Positions 57,205 to 64,000 of a stretch of 64,000 nt of DNA are shown in pieces; position 1 is the first letter of the stretch, and each line of letters opens with the position of its first letter. The notes beneath the pieces were generated by a model. It was given only the letters and a program-made list of their open reading frames with translations. It had not been told where the DNA came from and made no database searches. A program made the position numbers and the translations under genes. The stretch comes from a virus: the IMG/VR virus record IMGVR_UViG_3300042371_000472, positions 28,483 through 92,482 of that record; one strand, 5' to 3'.

Positions 57205-57566
57205 ACCGATTCCTTTCTGCTTCGTGCGTATGCCCGTCGTGCTTGTTCCCGTAGTTCGTCTTCACGGCGGTTTGTCCATGTGATGGTCTCAAAGCCATAG
57301 ATGGTGACTTCGTCAGCATCAGCGAGCCAGTGCAATGGGCGCTCCACGCTGTATGTAATCAGGGCAATGTCAGTCCAATGCCAGTACGCCATCCCATCTT
57401 CAGAGATGGTGCGGTTGACTCCACGGAACTGGTAGGCGACGAGGTCGCCAGTTTTATTCGCCACAAACTCGGCGCTCTTGAACTGAACCCATGCTGGGTT
57501 GTCAAGATCAGGGTCGGTGACTAGCGCCCACCCTTGTTGGTTGATGATTGGGTTGATGGTCTTCAT
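57201..57566 (-). CDS. Hypothetical protein
   Basis: GGAGG RBS, ATGA overlap. Confidence 0.6.
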   Translation of the reverse strand: MKTINPIINQQGWALVTDPDLDNPAWVQFKSAEFVANKTGDLVAYQFRGVNRTISEDGMAYWHWTDIALITYSVERPLHWLADADEVTIYGFETITWTNRREDELREQARRAYARSRKESV

Positions 57567-57814
57567 TTTGATTCCTCCGTATGGGTAATGATCTTGCGGT
57601 CGTTTGCTTCGCCCCCGAGAATGGCGAACTCACGGATGAGTCGCTGGGCTTCTCTATTTGCTCCCCACTGGGTGTTGGTGTGGACATTCCAAACGAGGTT
57701 CTTGAGGTCGTCTGCGAATGGATTCGGCTCAACTCGGTAGATGCGAGTGAACCAGCGCAGAGCGCCGAGTTTGAATATCTCAATCTCGTAGGTTTCGGTG
57801 GTTTTTGTGGACAT
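57563..57814 (-). CDS. Hypothetical protein
   Basis: Start 57814 after AAGGAG. Confidence 0.6.
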   Translation of the reverse strand: MSTKTTETYEIEIFKLGALRWFTRIYRVEPNPFADDLKNLVWNVHTNTQWGANREAQRLIREFAILGGEANDRKIITHTEESK

Positions 57815-57873
57815 GATGTTTCTCCTTGTTTGTTGTTGTGTAGGTCTAACGATTGGGTGTGATGTAGTTGTGC

Positions 57874-57890
57874 TGTCCCACCGTGGGACA
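57874..57890. repeat. Palindrome copy 5
   Basis: TGTCCCACCGTGGGACA. Confidence 0.95.
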
Positions 57891-57929
57891 CTGGGGCTGG
57901 GCGCCACCACAACGCCCAACCCCAACCGA

Positions 57930-58829
57930 TCAGCCAAGACCAGCGAGGCAGTCCGAGCCGATGCCGATGGCTCGGCTGTGCTCATCCTTGAGTGTGCGAC
58001 CGCACACACCGCAGACCTTGAAGTGGACACCGAACGCACGAGCCAGTTCGGGCAGGTCGTACCTGACTAGGTCGGCAAGGACAGCATCCTGCTTGGCCTG
58101 TGGGAGGTTCTGCACTGAGTTGAAGTGCGAGCCACCGATGACCTTGGCAACGCCTGAGCGACTGACTCGGTAGTAAGCGAACCCGTCAATCTCGTCAGGG
58201 TCGGGCACTGCGAGACCGACATTGCCAGCCTTGGCATTGCCCTTGCCAACGGCTGTCAGGACTCGCTGGATGCCCGTGTCAATGCGGTCGTCAGTCTTCC
58301 CGTCACTGTGGGCACACGACTCGCACAGGGCATGCCAGCCAGCCTTGAGGTAAGCGATGTACTGGTCACGCTTACCGCACACCGAGCACTTGCTGGCGAA
58401 CCGAGCCTCAATGACCTTCTCGGCATCGGCAGGGACTGCTGGGTACTTGCTGACCCAGTCGGGGGCAACCGTGGGCAAGCCCCATGTGGCTCGTTCAGCC
58501 TTGGCTGAGTCAAGCAGGCGCTTGAGCACATCAATCGCTGTGGAGATTTCTGACTTGGCGATGGACTCTGCGCCCTCGGCAAATCCGATTACCTCAACCG
58601 TGCTGAGGACAATCTTCTCGCTGTTGACGAACTTTGTAACGACTGCCTTATCTAACTCAGTGAGAGTCTTAGATAAGAGTGTGTCAGCCTTGAGAGTCTG
58701 AGCATCGTCGCCCGACCAGTTGCTGGCTGGGTCTTGAGTGTCAACGACGACTTCGTTGAGTTGCTTCCACAGTGAGAGCAAGAACTGGACTTGCTTGGGC
58801 GTGGCTTCAGTTGAATAGGTGGTGGACAT
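57930..58829 (-). CDS. DUF6011-like zinc-binding protein
   Basis: C-terminal CGVCGRTL.D..S...GIG.DC; internal ARF...C..CG...C..C; N-terminal AT.KQ..F motif. Confidence 0.75.
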   Translation of the reverse strand: MSTTYSTEATPKQVQFLLSLWKQLNEVVVDTQDPASNWSGDDAQTLKADTLLSKTLTELDKAVVTKFVNSEKIVLSTVEVIGFAEGAESIAKSEISTAIDVLKRLLDSAKAERATWGLPTVAPDWVSKYPAVPADAEKVIEARFASKCSVCGKRDQYIAYLKAGWHALCESCAHSDGKTDDRIDTGIQRVLTAVGKGNAKAGNVGLAVPDPDEIDGFAYYRVSRSGVAKVIGGSHFNSVQNLPQAKQDAVLADLVRYDLPELARAFGVHFKVCGVCGRTLKDEHSRAIGIGSDCLAGLG

Positions 58830-58874
58830 GGTGGTTCTCCTTATGGTGGTTGGTGTTCACTATCTTGCGTTTGT

Positions 58875-58903
58875 GGGGAGTGTCCCACCGTGGGACACTC
58901 CCC
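58875..58903. repeat. Palindrome copy 6 (core 58881-58897)
   Basis: GGGGAG-core-CTCCCC. Confidence 0.95.
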
Positions 58904-58911
58904 TAAGTTGG

Positions 58912-60507
58912 TCAGCGGTACGAGTCCAACAATTCGTTGGCTGTTGAACCGCCGACCAAGGTCTCGGCTGAGTCGTCAAGGATGGCGCCGACGACGCCTG
59001 CCTTGCCCTCAAGCATGCCCCACAGGCGCTCGTCAACCGACGAGTCGCCATCAAGGGCACTGACCAAGATGTTGTTGGTGCACGGGCGTGTCTGCCCGTA
59101 CCGATGGAGCCGAGCCTCGGCTTGTTTAAGGGCACTCGGTGTCCACGGAAGTTCAACCGTGATCATCGTCGCACCCGATGTCATCGTGAGTCCCTCGGAC
59201 ACCGCTTGGATGTTGCCGATCAACACACGGGCAGTCCCAGCCTGCCACTTGTCAACGGCATCCTGTTTCTGCTTGCCCGAGTCGTCACCAGTGACGGAGA
59301 CGATTGTGCGAGCATCCACACCCTCAGCGATGAGGGACTCACGGAGTTTCCAAGCGACCTCCTTGTGGGCGGTCACGAGGAACACTTGCTCGCCCTCATC
59401 CAAGAGGCTGACCGTGGCATCCACTGCCGTGGACACCTTGCCGAGACCAGCGATCTGTCGGAGTTGACCGAGCAGAACGATGGCGTGGGCACGGTCGTTG
59501 AGCGAGAACTTGTCGTCGTCTCGCTTCTCTTGGAGGAACTCCTCAAGGTCACGGACTGCTCGCTTGTAGTCCGTCACAGCCTTGCCAGTAAGAGCGACGG
59601 GCGTGATGTACCGAGAGAACTCGGGGAGGATGATGACATCCTCACGCTTGCGCCTAATCATCACCCACTGGGTGAGTTGCTCGTTCAACTCTTTGACATT
59701 GGTGGCGCCATTGAATGTCGTACCAAAGCCGTTGAACACGGGGTCGCAGTATCGGGTCTTGAAGCGACTCGCACCGCCGAACCGAGGCAGGTGACCGAGG
59801 ATGTTGAGCAGTGGAATCAACTCCACTGGTCGGGACAGCAACGGCGTACCTGAGAGTAGGAGCACGGGCGCCTCGGGGTTGAGGTGCTTGGCAATGGTGA
59901 CCATCGCCTTGCTACGCCCCGAGTCCTCGGACTTGGAGCGGTGAGCCTCATCCTGCACCAAGCCAGCCCAAGGGTGCTTGGCGAGGATGTTGACGGGCTT
60001 GAGAGTCCGTTGCTCACGGGTCTTGCCCTGATTCGCTCGTGCCCACGAGTTGACCTCAGCGACTGGAGCCAGCGCCCAATACTGGATGACGCTGTCGGGG
60101 CAGATCACGATGTCCGTGTCGGGGACACTCGTGGGCTTCTGACCCGAGATGCGAGACACCGAGCGGTGAGGCAGGGCAGTCTTGATTGACCGCTCCCAGT
60201 TGATCACCAATGCTGGTGGACACACAATGAGGGCTGGGTAGGCGTTGAGTTCATCAAGTGCCAGCAGGGCGCTGTAGGTCTTGCCTACGCCCATGTCGTC
60301 AGCGATCAAGAGACGAGTGTGACCAGCCTTGACGGCTTCAGCCACAACGAGTTGGTGAGGCATCGGGGTGATGGCGAGCGTGTGCTCTACGATGCCCTCA
60401 GGGGCGATGCGACCCGAGAACGGGCGCAAGCCCGTGGACACCTTGGCGACAGCCTCAGCGAGGATGTCGGTAGCGCTTCGGGCGTTGGTACGGTCACTTA
60501 ATGCCAT
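58912..60507 (-). CDS. SNF2-family (SF2) helicase
   Basis: LIADDMGVGKT, DEAH, LSGTP, EGL.M, W.P....QAEARLHRYGQ. Confidence 0.92.
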   Translation of the reverse strand: MALSDRTNARSATDILAEAVAKVSTGLRPFSGRIAPEGIVEHTLAITPMPHQLVVAEAVKAGHTRLLIADDMGVGKTYSALLALDELNAYPALIVCPPALVINWERSIKTALPHRSVSRISGQKPTSVPDTDIVICPDSVIQYWALAPVAEVNSWARANQGKTREQRTLKPVNILAKHPWAGLVQDEAHRSKSEDSGRSKAMVTIAKHLNPEAPVLLLSGTPLLSRPVELIPLLNILGHLPRFGGASRFKTRYCDPVFNGFGTTFNGATNVKELNEQLTQWVMIRRKREDVIILPEFSRYITPVALTGKAVTDYKRAVRDLEEFLQEKRDDDKFSLNDRAHAIVLLGQLRQIAGLGKVSTAVDATVSLLDEGEQVFLVTAHKEVAWKLRESLIAEGVDARTIVSVTGDDSGKQKQDAVDKWQAGTARVLIGNIQAVSEGLTMTSGATMITVELPWTPSALKQAEARLHRYGQTRPCTNNILVSALDGDSSVDERLWGMLEGKAGVVGAILDDSAETLVGGSTANELLDSYR

Positions 60508-60558
60508 GGTGGCTCCTTAGTTGGTGGTGGTTTACTTATCTGTCACTATCGTCATTGT

Positions 60559-60589
60559 AGGGGAGTGTCCCACCGTGGGACACTCCCCT
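60559..60589. repeat. Palindrome copy 7 (core 60566-60582)
   Basis: AGGGGAG-core-CTCCCCT. Confidence 0.95.
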
Positions 60590-60595
60590 TACTGG

Positions 60596-61081
60596 TCACC
60601 ACGACGCTCGGTAGAAAAAGTCCCAGTATTCGGTGACGGGGTCATTGAGCAAATTGTCAATGACCTCGGCGGTGTACCGCAACGATTCCAAGTACCACTC
60701 GTCGTACTCCGTGCTCCCAAAGAAGAAGCCCGAGGTCGTCGGGAGGTGCTCGTTGGCGTACGAGTCACCGTGGATTGCCAAGCCCTTGGGCACGGTGTAA
60801 CACAGTTGGTGGAGCGCCACCAACTTCTCACGGCTGACATGAAAGCCATTGCCGTCATCCACGCCATCGTTGCATTCCTGCACGAACCAGTTGTGGATGG
60901 CATTGGCTTTGCGCCAGTACGCCACGGTCACATCAATCGTGATGTACGGGTGGTCGGGGTCAGCGATGCTGGAAGCGTTCACGAGGTCAATGATCTCGGC
61001 GTACTGGAGGCGTTCAGCGTCGGTGCTCCACTGACTACCACTGATGCAGTGCTTGGCTGATAGGTATTGGTCAAGTCCCAT
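60596..61081 (-). CDS. Conserved phage protein of unknown function
   Basis: MGLDQYL...YWRKANAIHNWF...LPT..GFFFG...YDEWY...Y.ASW pattern. Confidence 0.75.
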   Translation of the reverse strand: MGLDQYLSAKHCISGSQWSTDAERLQYAEIIDLVNASSIADPDHPYITIDVTVAYWRKANAIHNWFVQECNDGVDDGNGFHVSREKLVALHQLCYTVPKGLAIHGDSYANEHLPTTSGFFFGSTEYDEWYLESLRYTAEVIDNLLNDPVTEYWDFFYRASW

Positions 61082-61261
61082 GTCGGGTCTCCTTTGGTTG
61101 GTGGTTGGTTTGGTTGGTGGTTGGTTGAATCCGCAATGACACCCTCCCCACTACTATGGGTTGCTCGTGGGGACTTCCCACTTTCCCTCGTTGCTGACGC
61201 TTGTCCACAACGGGGGGAGGGTGTTTCGGGAGTTTGTTGTCCCGAAATCTTGAGATCGGTT

Positions 61262-61286
61262 GGGGTGTCCCACCGTGGGACACCCC
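61262..61286. repeat. Palindrome copy 8 (core 61266-61282)
   Basis: GGGG-core-CCCC. Confidence 0.95.
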
Positions 61287-61295
61287 GAGGCTCGG

Positions 61296-61634
61296 TCACC
61301 CGAATACGAGGTCACCGAGCACGATGTGCTGGAGCACGACATCACTGGCGTCTGAGTCAAAGTCGTCGCTGTCCACCGCCGACTGCACGACTTGCCAGCC
61401 AGCCTTCTTCTCCTTGATGATCTCATTGACGACTGCCTTGGCACGGCTCGGACTGAATGTCACCGACTTGGTGATGATCTTGCCATCGTCGGTCGTCTCC
61501 CCCGTTTCCATCTTGCAGACAATTTGTTCTTCATCGGTGATGTCCAGTTTGCGATACCACTCGTAGGTCTCGGCTCCCGAGTAGATCAGCGTGTCCATGA
61601 CTTCTTGGGCGTTTGCTGTCCATACTGTTTTCAT
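61296..61634 (-). CDS. Hypothetical protein
   Basis: GCCTGAGGAGGC leader; D.D...D..LQ...LG.LVFG terminus. Confidence 0.65.
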   Translation of the reverse strand: MKTVWTANAQEVMDTLIYSGAETYEWYRKLDITDEEQIVCKMETGETTDDGKIITKSVTFSPSRAKAVVNEIIKEKKAGWQVVQSAVDSDDFDSDASDVVLQHIVLGDLVFG

Positions 61635-61643
61635 GTTGCCTCC

Positions 61644-61916
61644 TCAGGCTTGATGTTGTTGTAGTTGCTTCTTCAGCCATTTGCTGGCTTCTTCGGGGTC
61701 AAGGGAATCTAGATACCGATCAACTGGGTGATCACCGTTGTCGTAATTCCAGTGGGGGTAATCTTCCCGTAGTCGCTCTATTTCCCGATCAACCTCCGTC
61801 TGAGCGACGGGGGCGTACAGGCTTCGTGCAACACCGTTGACGATCTCGTACTCACCCGAGGCAAGGCATGCCTCGTTGCGTTGCTCGTTGTACAACTTCT
61901 CAAGTTTCTTGCTCAT
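61644..61916 (-). CDS. Hypothetical protein
   Basis: CGCCTGAGGAGGC leader. Confidence 0.6.
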   Translation of the reverse strand: MSKKLEKLYNEQRNEACLASGEYEIVNGVARSLYAPVAQTEVDREIERLREDYPHWNYDNGDHPVDRYLDSLDPEEASKWLKKQLQQHQA

Positions 61917-61957
61917 GTTGCCTCCTCAGGCGTCGTTGTTCACTATCGGGATATTTG

Positions 61958-61999
61958 TGGGGCGAGTGTCCCACCGTGGGACACTCACCCCGAGGTTGA
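61958..61999. repeat. Palindrome copy 9 (core 61967-61983); 42-bp direct repeat with copy 10
   Basis: TGGGGCGAG-core-CTCACCCCGAGGTTGA. Confidence 0.95.
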
Positions 62000-62003
62000 G
62001 CGA

Positions 62004-62282
62004 TCAGTAGATGCCGTCAGGCTCATCGTCGCTGATGAACTCGTGGGCGAACAGTGGGTCAAAGCCACACTCTTCAAGAAACGAGCGGTAGTTGTACACT
62101 CGGTCGCTGTCGCTGAGACCTGCATACGGCACGAGTGCCGAGTGGATTTGAACGGCGATCTGAGCCAACTCCACGGTCGCCTTGGTCGCTACGCCACCCG
62201 TGAGGCGGTTCATGGTGAAGTGGTCACGGAAGGCGCTGGCGACTCGGTCGCATGCTTGCTCGGGTGTTCGGTTGATGTCCAT
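62004..62282 (-). CDS. Hypothetical protein
   Basis: Start 62282 after CGCCTAGGAGGC. Confidence 0.6.
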   Translation of the reverse strand: MDINRTPEQACDRVASAFRDHFTMNRLTGGVATKATVELAQIAVQIHSALVPYAGLSDSDRVYNYRSFLEECGFDPLFAHEFISDDEPDGIY

Positions 62283-62322
62283 GTTGCCTCCTAGGCGTTG
62301 GTGGTGGTTGATGGTTGGTGGA

Positions 62323-62364
62323 TGGGGCGAGTGTCCCACCGTGGGACACTCACCCCGAGGTTGA
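62323..62364. repeat. Palindrome copy 10 (core 62332-62348)
   Basis: Identical 42 bp to copy 9. Confidence 0.95.
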
Positions 62365-63132
62365 TCAGGCGCTGAGGGCGTCGGCGCTTGCATTGAACAG
62401 GTTGCCCCGATCTTGCTGATCAAGTGGCACGGTGTTGGCGCTGACACGGAGCAGTGCCACGGCGAGCGTGGCGAACACTTCGTGGTCATCCTGAAGCGAT
62501 GCGATCAGGTTGGCGGTGACATCGGCAATGGCTTCGGCGCCATGCTCAGTCAACTGTGCGACGATCTCGTCAACGGTCAAGGCGACCACTGACTCGTCGG
62601 TGCTGTCGGCGTCGCTCTCGGCGCTCTCGGTCTCGGCTTCAGCCTTGGCAGACTTCTCAGCCTTTTTGGCTTCGCCCTTTTCGGCTTTGTTGATCTTGGC
62701 GAGCACTTCAAGGGCGTCGGCGCTCTCATCCTTGATGAGGATGGCGCCAGCCTTGGCGTAGCGAGCGTAGGTGGACTTGCCGATCTTGGCGCCAGCAGTC
62801 TTACTTGCCAACTCAAGGGCACGGAACGAGACACCAGCCTCGTTGGCGTTGAACACGGCGATGCATGCCGAGCGGAGCGCCAACTTGGCGTCGGCAACGG
62901 CGCTCTCGGACTTGATGGCTTCGGCAACAGCCAAGGCGGTCAGGTCGGCAGGGGTCGCCTTGACTTCAACGACTTCGGCAACTACTGGCGCTTCAACAGC
63001 GACAGGCTTGGCGGTGTGGGTACGGGCTTTTTTGGTGGTGGTGGTTGACACTTTGGTCTCCTTGGTTGTGGTGGTGGCTGGTTTGCCAGCGAGCAGATTG
63101 GCGAGTCCTACTGGGCGGTCGGTGGTCTTCAT
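62365..63132 (-). CDS. Ala/Lys-rich protein with possible HTH
   Basis: GVSFRALE.......IGKSTYARY is HTH-like; start 63132 after CGCCTGAGGAGGC; strongly biased codons. Confidence 0.65.
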   Translation of the reverse strand: MKTTDRPVGLANLLAGKPATTTTKETKVSTTTTKKARTHTAKPVAVEAPVVAEVVEVKATPADLTALAVAEAIKSESAVADAKLALRSACIAVFNANEAGVSFRALELASKTAGAKIGKSTYARYAKAGAILIKDESADALEVLAKINKAEKGEAKKAEKSAKAEAETESAESDADSTDESVVALTVDEIVAQLTEHGAEAIADVTANLIASLQDDHEVFATLAVALLRVSANTVPLDQQDRGNLFNASADALSA

Positions 63133-63164
63133 GGTGTGCCTCCTCAGGCGTTGGTGGTGGTTGA

Positions 63165-63193
63165 ACTGTCCCACCGTGGGACAGTCGTGGACA
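63165..63193. repeat. Palindrome copy 11 (core 63167-63183); 29 bp identical to copy 4
   Basis: ACTGTCCCACCGTGGGACAGTCGTGGACA. Confidence 0.95.
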
Positions 63194-63606
63194 GGTGCGA
63201 TTGAACGCTACGCCCGAGGCGCCTGCCCGAATTGCGATGATCATATATGAGTCCAAGATCGGTGGACTCCCCTCCCTTGCTTCACCCGAGGGGATTGGAT
63301 GCACTGCAATCTTTTATGAACGGCTCGCCAACCTTGGTGATTGCTAGTCACCGATACATCGTTGTTTGTATTTCGGGTATCCATCGGACTTCCAGCAGGC
63401 ACAGGTGGCGGTGCATTCGCTGGTCACTTGATCTTGGTGAAGTTGCTCGTCGTATCGGCTCGGCGCTTGCCCTCATACTCACCAGCGTCGCTGGGGCGCA
63501 TCTCGGTCATCCCCGTTGGTGCAGACATCTGCTGGGGGAAACCATCACGGCGAGTGCCTGTGATGCTTGAGTGTTTGGGGTCACGCTCTGCTGACCAGTC
63601 ACTACC

Positions 63607-63623
63607 TGTCCCATGGTGGGACA
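63607..63623. repeat. Palindrome copy 12 (variant)
   Basis: TGTCCCA-TGG-TGGGACA; arms conserved, centre changed. Confidence 0.85.
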
Positions 63624-64000
63624 CCGAGACTTACGGCTTGGCACGCTGGCTTGTCAGGCTGGCGTGGTGGGCACTGCTCGTTCTACATGACTGACCGTTG
63701 ATACTGGAGAAGCCCGAAATTGTTTGGCGCTTCAGATCAGAGGTGTTGTCTCATGGTTTTCTGAGTTAGTAGGTGGTTCAGACTTTCAGGTTGCTTTCGC
63801 ATTTCGTCTACCGCCGAACTGGATTGGCGTTCTCACTGGGTGAGGCAGGACTACCTGTCGGTCTGAGCACTGTTGGCTATTTGTCAAGGGACACTGTGGG
63901 AGCAGTGAGATGTCTCAGTTGCTCGGTTTGTACTACTTGGTCTTACAAAACCCAGTAGTGGGTGCTGTCAAATGCCCAGCGTGTGGGCACTTGACAGCAC

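Noticed and set aside
50660-63183. Classical integron with attC sites
   Set aside because: No integrase in the window; the repeats are too short and lack RYYYAAC/GTTRRRY boxes and extrahelical bases. Kept only as an analogy.
50660-63183. Palindromes as plain intrinsic terminators
   Set aside because: Most lack a U-tract on the coding strand, and the core sequence is invariant, which terminators do not require.
45863-63623. CRISPR array formed by the palindromic repeats, with the Cas4-like gene
   Set aside because: Spacing is 365 bp to 4.8 kb and contains whole genes; no cas1/cas2 or effector genes; solo Cas4-like nucleases are common in phage recombination modules.
45862-63624. ORF-track starts or extensions reading MSHRGT, VPRWD or CPTVG (e.g. 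45862, 52610, 56229, 58039, 62489, 63174)
   Set aside because: These are translations of the palindrome and leader; downstream ATGs have proper RBSs and were used instead.
928-63958. Numerous antisense and alternate-frame ORFs in the track (e.g. 1804-2334, 24573-25253, 41325-41912, 59104-59853)
   Set aside because: They are shadows of well-supported genes, with no RBS or recognisable motifs.
1-64000. tRNA/tmRNA genes, introns/inteins, reverse transcriptase or DGR, alternative genetic code
   Set aside because: None recognised by eye, and known genes translate full-length with code 11. tRNAscan-SE/ARAGORN should confirm.

Overview
This window is a 64 kb segment of a large tailed dsDNA phage with a contractile tail (myovirus type), most likely infecting Actinobacteria. 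The host inference rests on two WhiB genes, an MSMEG_6728-type glycosylase and AGGAG ribosome-binding sites. Four blocks are visible. (1) 0.1-22.7 kb (+): portal, scaffold, N4-gp56-type capsid, neck, sheath, tube, chaperone, tape measure with two muralytic domains, and baseplate. (2) 22.8-24.1 kb (-): small basic proteins plus Dps. (3) 24.3-47.4 kb (+): replication and recombination genes (initiator with internal iteron origin, DnaC, DnaB, primase, SSB, PolA, RecA, Cas4-like nuclease, resolvases) and accessory genes (SpoVS, methyltransferase, degenerate TGT-like protein, two WhiB, lipoprotein transglycosylase, glycosyltransferase). (4) 47.5-64 kb (-): a GC-richer, presumably early region of small unknown genes plus MoxR/VWA, an SNF2 helicase, DUF6011 and HTH proteins. 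The most striking feature is a 17-bp palindrome, TGTCCCAC(C/G)GTGGGACA, present 12 times between 45.9 and 63.6 kb, almost always at gene boundaries. Its self-complementary flanks co-vary, several copies are paired with a GATAGTGA motif, and several genes share a CGCCTGAGGAGGC leader, giving a cassette-like gene array. No terminase, endolysin, tRNA, integrase or CRISPR array was recognised. All calls come from motif recognition by eye, without database searches.
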